Assembly: GCA_963738925.1 (NCBI GenBank)
Contig: CAVTYE010000002.1
Location: 727,905 to 791,904, forward strand
DNA: 64,000 nt
Direction: 5' to 3'
From: an uncultured Chloroflexia bacterium
GTDB lineage: Bacteria > Chloroflexota > Dehalococcoidia > SM23-28-2 > RBG-16-64-32
In this document: positions 18,762 through 26,769 of the stretch, in pieces
Numbering within the stretch: position 1 is the stretch's first letter
Layout: every line of letters begins with the position of its first letter
The notes under the pieces: model-generated
What the model saw: the letters and a program-made list of their open reading frames with translations, nothing else
What the model was told of the DNA's origin: nothing
Databases searched by the model: none
Position numbers and translations under genes: made by a program

Positions 18762-18877
18762 TGTTTTGCTCCTTCCTCTGGGCGGTAACCTACCGCCCGC
18801 TGGGGAGCGAGAGCAAACCCTTCAGTTGTCCATTAACAACTGCTTATACAGATTCCGAAAGTCGCTGACGGGAAACA

Positions 18878-19077
18878 AGCTTCGCGGTCTCGGCGTGCTG
18901 CTCGATCACCTGGAACGGCAGGACGATGTTGCAGACTTCACTAGTCTTGCCGTTCCAGACCAACTCCACCTCGCGCTTGTCTTCGAACAGCAAAAAGCGG
19001 TATCTGTCCGACAACGGCTTGTCCGCTTCCAGGAAGCGGAGGATCTCTTGCTGCTCTTGTTCAGTCAGTCGGGGCAT
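18878..19077 (-). pseudogene. 5' fragment (~66 codons) of a DNA methyltransferase-like gene, cut by IS copy C
   Basis: MPRLTEQEQQEILRFLEADKPLSDRYRFLLFEDKREVELVWNGKTSEVCNIVLPFQVIEQHAE. The ELVWNGK...LPFQ.IE pattern is the N-terminal signature I associate with type III Mod-like / N6-adenine methylases. The frame then runs into the IS left end at 18877. Confidence 0.5.
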
Positions 19078-19116
19078 GATGCCGAGTCTCCATGGGTGAC
19101 GTGACGCTTCGTGAAT

Positions 19117-19627
19117 TCACGGTTGACTAGTTGTCCCGCTACTGCTCTGTGGTGACTGAAACATGTTGAGGAAATCCTGCCGATCGTTTAGGCGCACCAG
19201 AACGGGATCTGCACAAGAGGAGGCCTTGCCAAATACTATGGCGTGACGGTCTTCCATCGTCGACAGGACACTGGCAAAGTCATCGCCGATGTAAGTTCCG
19301 AAGGAACTCAATCCCGGTCGAGTCGTATACACGCATCGCTATGATGGTATTGCACTGGTTGAGTATGGACTTCGTCACGTTCGCGGTTCTCTGAGTGACT
19401 AGAAGGCACCCGAGACCGTACTTTCGGCCTTGCAGTATTGCCTTCGCCGTCCCGTTTGAAGCTGTTTGGTCGCCAGGCGCCGCCGTCGAATTCCACTCCG
19501 GGACAAGGGAGTGAGCTTCCTCATAGACGATGCAGACCCGCGCGCGACTGGTCGGTCCGAGCGCCTGCACGAGAGATAGCGCTTCCTCAGTGATGACTCG
19601 TGTGATTTGAGTCGGTGTTAAAGAATA
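19117..19627 (-). pseudogene. 3' fragment of a HerA/DUF87-like ATPase, 5'-truncated and frameshifted
   Basis: Two overlapping frames. The first reads ...LTPTQITRVITEEALSLVQALGPTSRARVCIVYEEAHSLVPEW...AKAILQGRKYGLGCLLVTQRTANVTKSILNQCNTIIAMRVYDSTGIEFL. After a shift near 19280-19332 the second reads YIGDDFASVLSTMEDRHAIVFGKASSCADPVLVRLNDRQDF. The frame is closed upstream by TGA at 19630-19628, so no Walker A region is present. Confidence 0.55.
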
Positions 19628-19813
19628 TCAGACACCAAGTCTTGCACAACCAGCTTCGTTCATACAGAGCTTACGGTTCCTATCGCGGCGGGCAGGCTGC
19701 CCGTTGCCTCTGATTCGCTAAGCATCACAACCCCGACCGCGGTAGTCGTCGCTGGGGATACTGCGGCCATCCAACCAACTACCGTCGCGGTTAACAGGGA
19801 CGGCACGTTAGCT

Positions 19814-20788
19814 TTGCCGGTTCTGCCAGTCGGGCAAGATGTGCTTGAGGTGAGCATACCCCTCCACCTGCAAGAATCCAGCAACGTCGCGCCTCAGGTT
19901 CTGGCAGATAATGCCTTCCAGGCCCTCGTCTCAGTAAACGGCGATCCATTTGCTGAAGATGGCTCCGCTACTGTCGGACAAACGGTCAGGGTGGAACTCT
20001 CCATACAGCAGACCGATCTGCCGTTGCATGACGTAAAATTTTCCGTGGATCCCGCCATCGTTGGGGAAGACGCGACCATAGAAGGGACCTTACAAGTCGT
20101 CGGCGGTGCGACCAGCTCTTCATCAGCGCACATCAAAGTCCCACCGGGAGTGCGCCTCCAATACAACACCGGATCCACCGTCTACGGGTCCGGCCCCAAC
20201 GAGGAGAACATTACGCAATTGTTGGACATAAATGGAATCTCCGTAGCGACTTGCACAGGAATGCGAATTACGAGTGTCCACGGTGGGGCTTTCCTGCGAC
20301 TCGATTTCACGGTGGTGGATGCCTCGTCGCCGTCTCTCGAGCCGCGATCGAATCCTTGGTTGGCGTCGGTCGTTTATCTGAACGGCAACCGGCTCGAATC
20401 CCCGGCGAGCATTTCGGTGAAGAGCGGAGATCGAGTTGATTTTGACATCGGATTAGGTCCGATGGCGAACGGCTCGTGGCTTCGCAAAGCGACGCTTGAA
20501 ATTGAGACCGCAAAGAAGGGCGACTCGACGGACGTGATCATGATTGCTTCTAGCGAGCATAATGCCGACACCGCCGCTCGGGTTGCAGTCGATCTCCCCG
20601 ACGGGCTCAGCTTGGTGTATCAGAGGGGCACTACCTCGGTTTGGACCCAAGCGGACGGCTGGAAGACGGTGGCCGACGTGGGGGACACTTCCCCCCTTCT
20701 GTCGCAAGGACTCCATCTGAACGACATCGGCGGCTGCAGTGACGATATTCCTGAGGATTGGGCGTACGCACGTTTTATCGTCGAATGA
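19814..20788 (+). CDS. Hypothetical protein (two beta-rich repeats); possibly 5'-truncated
   Basis: 324 aa from a TTG start. The frame is open from 19622 with no ATG or GTG before 19814. It has internal repeat-like segments (VRLQYNTGSTVYGSG / LSLVYQRGTTSVWTQ). Family not recognised. Confidence 0.45.
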   Translation: MPVLPVGQDVLEVSIPLHLQESSNVAPQVLADNAFQALVSVNGDPFAEDGSATVGQTVRVELSIQQTDLPLHDVKFSVDPAIVGEDATIEGTLQVVGGATSSSSAHIKVPPGVRLQYNTGSTVYGSGPNEENITQLLDINGISVATCTGMRITSVHGGAFLRLDFTVVDASSPSLEPRSNPWLASVVYLNGNRLESPASISVKSGDRVDFDIGLGPMANGSWLRKATLEIETAKKGDSTDVIMIASSEHNADTAARVAVDLPDGLSLVYQRGTTSVWTQADGWKTVADVGDTSPLLSQGLHLNDIGGCSDDIPEDWAYARFIVE

Positions 20789-20881
20789 TGATGACCTGCC
20801 CCCCGTTTGCGTACCACGCATAATTACAGTCCGGCCGGCCCGGGCCTAATGGCCATAGTGCGAACGTTGGCAACAAATCGG

Positions 20882-20930
20882 GACCTTCTGATCCGAAGTC
20901 AGACGCTCTGTCCAATTGAGCTACTCATGA
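20882..20930 (-). pseudogene. tRNA-Arg(UCG)-like 5' fragment (acceptor-like 5' strand, D-arm, anticodon arm and variable loop; no T-arm or 3' acceptor)
   Basis: The reverse strand reads TCATGAG-TA-GCTC-AATTGGACA-GAGC-G-TCTGA-CTTCGGA-TCAGA-AGGTC. This fits canonical tRNA positions 1-48 with anticodon UCG. The downstream sequence (CCCGATTTGTTGCC...) cannot form a T-arm, and no CTCATGA 3' acceptor strand is present. Confidence 0.45.
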
Positions 20931-21031
20931 TGCTGGCAGCCCCGGCGAATCATCTGATTGAAGCTTGCTCCGACGCTTGCCGAGTCGTAAAGCCATCTGC
21001 TTCCATGCTAGGCTCCGACGACTTCTAGAGA

Positions 21032-22498
21032 TTACATGTAATAACGGTATGACAATTCAGGGTCTACGTCTTCGGGAACCTCCGCCATGATCGGTCCTAC
21101 TACGCCAGCCATTTGCATCGTTATCGGGAATTTGCCTCCAACAGACGCGGCATTCCAATTCATTTTGGTCAACGCCAACGTCTCTTCGCAAACTCTTCGT
21201 ATATCCGCACCCCCGCCCTGTATTTCAATCGGTTGTGGGATATGTGGCCCTGGGTAAGTGCCCCAATCGGGATAAAAGCCCGTCGTGTACAGACAGATCT
21301 TCTCTTCCCCCACAATAAGTGCCGTACCTCGGGGCGGAGGATATTTTGTCTCAGGCATCAAGCGAAGGTCCGATCCCCGAACAGAGAGAAGTTCCAGGGT
21401 TCCAATATCCGCGAAGCCCCGGTGGAAGCCAGCGACTTCGGCATCGGAATAGACGCTTGTCTTGTGGATGGTTACGCGCGTCGGCGTACGACCTGCCCGC
21501 TCGCGATACTCCGACACAACGGCACGGGCTAGATGAGCTGCTTGATCTTCGGAGAGGTGAACCTCCGTTCCATCGGTCCATGGGATACGATCTCCTCGAA
21601 GAACGAATCCATCGATCTCAGAAGAGAATGCCTGGGCAATACTGCTGTACATGAGTGTTCTAGTGGTGGTCACGAGACGATGGAAACTGATGCCGACGTA
21701 GCAAACGTGAGGTGAGTCATACGCTAGTCGCCAGGGTATACCTCCAGCCTTATAAAATAGGCCAACGCCGACGCTCCATGCCCGAGTGGCGGGATCGTCC
21801 TTCTCCGGGCCATCGAGAAACAAATGATCCGTCGCCAGTTGTACTGGCACTCGATCGCGAAGTAGCATCACCTTTCCCTTAATCGCCCGACGCAACGTTC
21901 TGAATGCCAAATGCTCCGCATCTCCAGACTCACCAAAGTCGAATGGCAACGGTAGTTGCTCCCGGCGCCCGCGCGGCGTCAAAGAGAGGCGTTGGGGGCC
22001 CGCCTGCTGAAGTGTAGCGGTAGTCCGCAAGACCTCTTCAGGTATGCCGCAGATGACTAGAGCTGGACCCATTTCCCGCGTTGTGAGAGCGCGAATGCCT
22101 TCTAAATAGAGGTCAACAATCGAGTCGAAGCGAGCATTCTTTGTAAGACCGAGCGCTCGAGCCAGCCGCAAGTCCGAAATCTCGTATTTCCACCGATCAG
22201 CTAATTCAAGAGACGAGTGAAAGACGCTGGCGAACCCGGGAAAGTCCGGGAATCGTCGCCTATTTGTTCCTCCTGATAGCACCGTTCCTCGGCATCTCTC
22301 GAACCAAGAGGTCGCCTTCGCAATCATCGAAGGGGGGCCGACTATACCGATTCTTGTTTGGCTTGGGTGGCCGCCACCATACTGAAGGCTAAATGGGCCA
22401 CTTCTGGTCAGCCCACTCTTTGGGTCAGCGTCTACGTCGCGACCGCCGAACTCTAGTTCAGGTTCAGGCAATTTACTTAGAAGGATTGGGATGGTCAT
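21032..22498 (-). CDS. Short prokaryotic Argonaute (MID-PIWI only)
   Basis: 488 aa, too short to carry N/PAZ domains. The N-terminal PELEFGGRDVDADPKSGLTRSGPF matches the short-pAgo L.F...D...GL..GP pattern. PIWI-like core: HVCYVGISFHRL, RVTIHKTS, KFPITMQMAGVVG. C-terminal ...LSYRYYM. No acidic residue at the GISF position, so an inactive PIWI is likely. The ATG overlaps the upstream stop (ATGA at 22495-22498). Confidence 0.85.
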   Translation of the reverse strand: MTIPILLSKLPEPELEFGGRDVDADPKSGLTRSGPFSLQYGGGHPSQTRIGIVGPPSMIAKATSWFERCRGTVLSGGTNRRRFPDFPGFASVFHSSLELADRWKYEISDLRLARALGLTKNARFDSIVDLYLEGIRALTTREMGPALVICGIPEEVLRTTATLQQAGPQRLSLTPRGRREQLPLPFDFGESGDAEHLAFRTLRRAIKGKVMLLRDRVPVQLATDHLFLDGPEKDDPATRAWSVGVGLFYKAGGIPWRLAYDSPHVCYVGISFHRLVTTTRTLMYSSIAQAFSSEIDGFVLRGDRIPWTDGTEVHLSEDQAAHLARAVVSEYRERAGRTPTRVTIHKTSVYSDAEVAGFHRGFADIGTLELLSVRGSDLRLMPETKYPPPRGTALIVGEEKICLYTTGFYPDWGTYPGPHIPQPIEIQGGGADIRRVCEETLALTKMNWNAASVGGKFPITMQMAGVVGPIMAEVPEDVDPELSYRYYM

Positions 22499-25065
22499 GT
22501 CTTGATTCTGGGCTCGTCCACGTTTATTCCGTCCTGCGGCATGTCGGCGGCCAATGGACGCGCACGAATGACGATGGGGTTGTCGCCTGTCAGCGTAAGA
22601 CGAATCTCATTCTCCTCAGGCTCCAATATCGATCGCCAGAAAAAGACATCTGCAAGTGCCTTCTGGTTGTAGTCCTCGGTGCTGTTTGACGTTGCGAGGG
22701 AGGTAGCTTCTCGCCCTCGAATGCGATCACGATCACCGTCGAGCGTAAAGACGTATGTGGGTGCAATTCTGAGGCACCAATAGCCAGAGATGTGCTCGAA
22801 ATGAAACTCAGCCGCCTTGTGAATGCAATAAGTTCGCGTTGCACCAGGCCACCACGCGACGCGACGACTAGGTTGATGAACGCGCGCCTGGTACTTAATC
22901 CTTCGTACGGGGCCCTTTGTGCATGGAAAATACGCTCGGCGGCGCTTCCAATCAACGCGTAATCCTTGTCGGCGTAGGACAGTAAGTAGTGTCTCGTTTA
23001 GAAGCTCAGTAATAATGTTCTTGCCGTCCGTTCGATCTTGGAAGTCACGCATGTCGAGCAGCGTGACGTTCGGGCCATCGAGCGGACCCACATAGAGTGC
23101 GGGAAACAGAGCGGGATTTACCAAGGCAAACAGTTGACCTTCGTGCGGAACGAACGGAGGACACGCCGCACGTTCACGAGTTGGCAAATCACGTCGGTCT
23201 CTCAACGTGGTTGGCATCGCGAAGAGGGTTCGCGGAAGCTCGATGACTTCAAATAGGTTAGTGTGTGCTCGAACCTGTAAATCGGATGGACGAGCCGTCG
23301 ACGTGCGAGAATCAACCGCAGCTTGGCGAGGTATCAGGCGTGCCGTGAAAGCGGTATTCTGAACTGAAACCTCGACTAGTAATTGTCCGTCAATTGCTTC
23401 CATGGATGCCAATGCATCTGACAGTCCAGATCCCGCCTTGTCTATAAGACCATTGCCGAACCAAAGGTCGGCTATCACAGGATTGCGGTATCCAGTGATC
23501 CCTGGCCCCCTCTCTCCACGAGCAATTCGTCGTTGCAGAAGATCAGGTGGTATGCGCGACTCGGACTCGTCATAGTCTTCGCCCAGGAGCCGACGCAGCA
23601 ATGAGGGTTCGATTCCTCCGGGACTCTCGATGGATATCTGATTCGTTTCGACGCGAATTACGATCGGGTCTGGCGATTCATAGCTCCGGTGAACTAAAGC
23701 GTTTGCGAGTACTTCTTTGATTGCATCTCGGGAATAGCGTCTGACCGTTTTAGAGCGTTGCCCCTTCATCCGGACGGGTGGATTCACATCTGATATGACG
23801 CTCATGGCGGATTCGAACTGTGTCCAGAGCGTGCCATCGAGGGCCGTGGGGGGTTTTCCTGGAAGTCGAATCTCTACCCAGGCGCCTCGTGCCACAACGC
23901 GAGGATCTTTCTCGAGCAAGAGGACACCTGCGTTTGTAAGGTTGGTTGCATCGCCGTCGCGAACCGCAAGTCCCGCCGTGGCCAAAAGATTGAAGGCAGC
24001 ATCTCTTTCTGTGGAGTCCGAGGAAAATCGCTCCGCATAGTCCGTCATTTCGATTGGCAGCGTGTCAGGAGCGCGCACTGGCGAGGTCGGCAATCTTAAG
24101 TCAAATGTCAGCGGCGCGCCGGTGGGATATGTATAGCCCTGAGCGCCCTCTGTCCCCGAGGACCGCCAGCACTCACGAAGCTCCGTCAGCAGCGCGTCAA
24201 AGTCGGTAATCGCGACCGAATTGAAGTTGCGTCCTAAAGCATCTGCCAAGTCAGATACCATGGGTGCCAATCCGGAGCTTGGCCTTCGTGAGCACCAGTA
24301 GACCCCATGTTTGAAACGATCGACAGACTGCACGTTCTGAAACAAAAGGTCATGCATTACAGACCTCTCAGAACCACGGTATCCAACAACGACCAATGGG
24401 TGGTCGCGCAGCATGGGAAGTAGACGAGCAACTAGAAGCTCATCCAACGATTCTGTCTCACCCGGGAGGTTGCGATCTTTGTAGTATTCGGCTTGGCCGT
24501 GAAGATAAATGACCTGGGGATATGCGGGCGCCGTTGTGATCGCAACATACTCTTCTTGTTTACCGATCGTGATAAGCGACCCGGGGCCATAAGCGGTGCG
24601 AATCAAATCGTCAAAGTTAGTCGTCAATACGGAATGAATGATTCGTCGCCGCAGTAGCGAAGCGAGACACTGGTATCCGACGTTGGGAGGAGCGGTCTGC
24701 TTTAGTAGGCTTAGAAGAAATCGTCGGCGAAATTCTCTCGGACTGTCTAGCAACCGAATGAGATCGGGGAACATGTCTGCCCAATCTCTGTCCGCACGGT
24801 ACCAGTGTTCCGATTCGAGCACCGTGGATATGTCGCCGGGGCGAATGCGCGGATCGTCAGGTAGCCATCCTTGTCGTTTGGCGTAAAGCCAACGAGCACC
24901 AAGTCGAACCAGATCGCCGCTCGCTGGAATTCCGGAGCTAACGGACGCACCCGCCCCCAGCAGAAAGATGGGGTCCGGGCCATCGATAAGGCGTGAGAAG
25001 AGGCTCCTGACGTCCAGCGGTTTAGTTGCAGCGATTGTGTCAGACATGGAGTGTGTCGCTGCCAT
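22495..25065 (-). CDS. SIR2 / HATPase_c_4-like / putative APAZ protein (pAgo partner), 856 aa
   Basis: N-terminal SIR2_2 motifs: IFLLGAGASVSSGIP, VLTTNFDDLI, VIYLHGQAEY, LVVVGYRGSERS. Central segment: AIKEVLANALVHRSYESPDPIVIRVETNQISIESPGG ... YRNPVIADLWFGNGLIDKAGSGLSDAL. This is the HATPase_c_4 signature seen in Schlafen/AlbA_2-type proteins. The C-terminal ~250 aa (RAYFPCTKGPVRRIKYQ...WCLRIAPTYVFTLDGD...) lies where APAZ is expected in pAgo partners. The APAZ assignment rests on position only. Confidence 0.8.
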   Translation of the reverse strand: MAATHSMSDTIAATKPLDVRSLFSRLIDGPDPIFLLGAGASVSSGIPASGDLVRLGARWLYAKRQGWLPDDPRIRPGDISTVLESEHWYRADRDWADMFPDLIRLLDSPREFRRRFLLSLLKQTAPPNVGYQCLASLLRRRIIHSVLTTNFDDLIRTAYGPGSLITIGKQEEYVAITTAPAYPQVIYLHGQAEYYKDRNLPGETESLDELLVARLLPMLRDHPLVVVGYRGSERSVMHDLLFQNVQSVDRFKHGVYWCSRRPSSGLAPMVSDLADALGRNFNSVAITDFDALLTELRECWRSSGTEGAQGYTYPTGAPLTFDLRLPTSPVRAPDTLPIEMTDYAERFSSDSTERDAAFNLLATAGLAVRDGDATNLTNAGVLLLEKDPRVVARGAWVEIRLPGKPPTALDGTLWTQFESAMSVISDVNPPVRMKGQRSKTVRRYSRDAIKEVLANALVHRSYESPDPIVIRVETNQISIESPGGIEPSLLRRLLGEDYDESESRIPPDLLQRRIARGERGPGITGYRNPVIADLWFGNGLIDKAGSGLSDALASMEAIDGQLLVEVSVQNTAFTARLIPRQAAVDSRTSTARPSDLQVRAHTNLFEVIELPRTLFAMPTTLRDRRDLPTRERAACPPFVPHEGQLFALVNPALFPALYVGPLDGPNVTLLDMRDFQDRTDGKNIITELLNETLLTVLRRQGLRVDWKRRRAYFPCTKGPVRRIKYQARVHQPSRRVAWWPGATRTYCIHKAAEFHFEHISGYWCLRIAPTYVFTLDGDRDRIRGREATSLATSNSTEDYNQKALADVFFWRSILEPEENEIRLTLTGDNPIVIRARPLAADMPQDGINVDEPRIKT

Positions 25066-25175
25066 CGTATCTCTCTGCTAGTGGAATCCCTGACCCAAAG
25101 TGGCACTAGTTTGTGGATACGGATTAACCCCCGAAGCCGGCCACGCTGCTAGGAGGAGTAATCGGGACCAATGAG

Positions 25176-25181
25176 TATAAT
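25176..25181 (+). promoter_or_regulatory. Candidate -10 box TATAAT for the DUF4263 gene
   Basis: A perfect TATAAT lies 63 nt upstream of the ATG at 25244, in the 178-bp divergent spacer shared with the pAgo operon. No convincing -35 was seen. Confidence 0.3.
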
Positions 25182-25243
25182 CCCTGCTACCAACACACCT
25201 TGCGTGATGTCAGGTATTTGAGAGGAGTTCAGATCAAGAGACC

Positions 25244-26656
25244 ATGGAAAGTGACCTCGACCTAAAGAGGGCTCGCGCGTCGCTAGATGAGTTTGCGGCA
25301 CTCCTCGCGGCCAAACCAAAGGAATCCGAGTGGCAGCGTCTCTTCTCATCAAATCCACACATCCTCTCGCAAGCGCTACCCTTGCGCCTGGAACCAGGCG
25401 ACATCAGACCGGGTGGTAGACCGGGTCAGAGCGAGGCAGACTTCATAATCCACCCTCGGGCCGTTGGTCCGATCCCGTTTTACGGCGTAATTGAACTGAA
25501 GCGCAACGATGCTTCGGTCGTGCGAGTCAAGCGAGCCGACCTCTTGGAGTTGACCAGTGACGCACAGACAGCAGTTAGGCAGGCCCAAAATTACGCGCGA
25601 AAACTGCGCAAGGCACTTCTTGTGGGAGGTGAGCGTTCACTGATCCTCGGAAACCCAGCCTACAACTTCATCATCATGGGTATGTCCGATGAGATCGCAA
25701 GAAAGGTAGCGGAAGAAGTCTTGGCCAAACAAATGGCGGGACTTCTCCCTGGTGGATGTCACCTGGTCAACTACGACCAACTATTCGAGCAATTCAAGGC
25801 AAGCATCCCTCCGACCTTCCTCCAACTCGTTCCTGCTTTGCCATCGTTTCCTAGGCCACGTTGGGATTTGAACCAAACATCGCGCCTCCTGGATCGCCTG
25901 GTCCAATCGAAACCCACCAGACCCGCGGAGCCTTGGGCGGCGGCAAGATCCCCGAGCGGTAGCGGACGGTTCTGTGTAGTCGCGGATGGATTGGCAAGCT
26001 CATCCGCGTCAAGCGAGGAACTGATGCGGGACATTTCGTCCAAATCATCAAATGACATTCAGTTCCGCGCCGTCAGCTACAGCGGAGTAGGCCGGAGCTA
26101 TGGCCGATATGACACGCATAGGTCTCTGAGTTCGCTGGCAAGATCTCTACGAGAATATCTGCCTCAAAGGCCGTTCGACTCGACAATCTCCTATGTCGGC
26201 ATTGGCATCGGCTCTAATGTAATTGTTGGAGGCCTTGCGAGGGCGATGTCGGAACTCCCAACGTCCGAGTCCTCCCGATGGGCTTCGTCAATTCGCAGGC
26301 TCGTGCTCGTCGGACCTATGTTCAGAGCTCCTACGTGGATGCAGGATTGGCTCCGGGACGGCGCTCGAGTAATTCCGGCGCCAATGGCTGAGTTGATGGC
26401 GGGTGGTGACGGGCCATACACCGTTGAAGGTCTACGAATAATACGGCAATTGGGAATACCCGTGACAGTAATCCTTAGCGTTGCCGATGGATTGGCAGAG
26501 TACGATGAGGGCCTTATTGGCAGCCTCACTCAAATGGGCGCCGAGGTGATTAGGGTGACAGCGGAATCGACAGGCCGTGAGCCATTCGCGGCTCACTTCT
26601 CGACCTATCGGTCACCTTCGGTGATGCGGATCGTTGCTTCCCTGGTTAACAGTTAG
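25244..26656 (+). CDS. DUF4263 (Shedu-type PD-(D/E)xK nuclease)-like N-terminal domain fused to an unknown ~240-aa C-terminal domain
   Basis: 470 aa. The N-terminal half has ESEWQRLFSSNPHILSQAL...SEADFIIH...FYGVIELKRNDASVV...AVRQAQNYARKL...YNFIIMG. This matches the DUF4263 pattern (E..W..f...nP.il ... D ... vEiK ... Q ... iiG). The C-terminal half (ISYVGIGIGSNVIVGGLARAM, RRLVLVGPMFRAPTW) looks alpha/beta, but no clean GxSxG nucleophile elbow was seen. Confidence 0.65.
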   Translation: MESDLDLKRARASLDEFAALLAAKPKESEWQRLFSSNPHILSQALPLRLEPGDIRPGGRPGQSEADFIIHPRAVGPIPFYGVIELKRNDASVVRVKRADLLELTSDAQTAVRQAQNYARKLRKALLVGGERSLILGNPAYNFIIMGMSDEIARKVAEEVLAKQMAGLLPGGCHLVNYDQLFEQFKASIPPTFLQLVPALPSFPRPRWDLNQTSRLLDRLVQSKPTRPAEPWAAARSPSGSGRFCVVADGLASSSASSEELMRDISSKSSNDIQFRAVSYSGVGRSYGRYDTHRSLSSLARSLREYLPQRPFDSTISYVGIGIGSNVIVGGLARAMSELPTSESSRWASSIRRLVLVGPMFRAPTWMQDWLRDGARVIPAPMAELMAGGDGPYTVEGLRIIRQLGIPVTVILSVADGLAEYDEGLIGSLTQMGAEVIRVTAESTGREPFAAHFSTYRSPSVMRIVASLVNS

Positions 26657-26769
26657 CGCCATCCCGCATCAAACTTCGGAGGACAAACAGACGTAAGGCT
26701 TCCTCGAGCCTGGGCATGGGTGCACAGGAAAGTCGAGTCAGCCGATAGTCTTAGCTCCGGGCTTGCCGC

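Larger units (their letters stand above)
17344..18877 (-). mobile_element. IS3-family IS, copy C, complete (1,534 bp), inverted relative to copies A and B
   Basis: The right end (TGTACGTCGTCAGCAAATTCGG on the plus strand) starts at 17344. The left end ...CCGAAAGTCGCTGACGGGAAACA finishes at 18877. Nearly identical to copy B. No matching short direct repeat flanks it (CCA / AGC). Confidence 0.9.

Noticed and set aside
14292-19627. A SIR2-HerA two-gene system formed by the SIR2-TPR gene and the HerA-like fragment.
   Set aside because: The two are on opposite strands, 3 kb apart, and separated by an IS and an unrelated stump. The ATPase fragment belongs to the methylase operon, so the association is coincidental.
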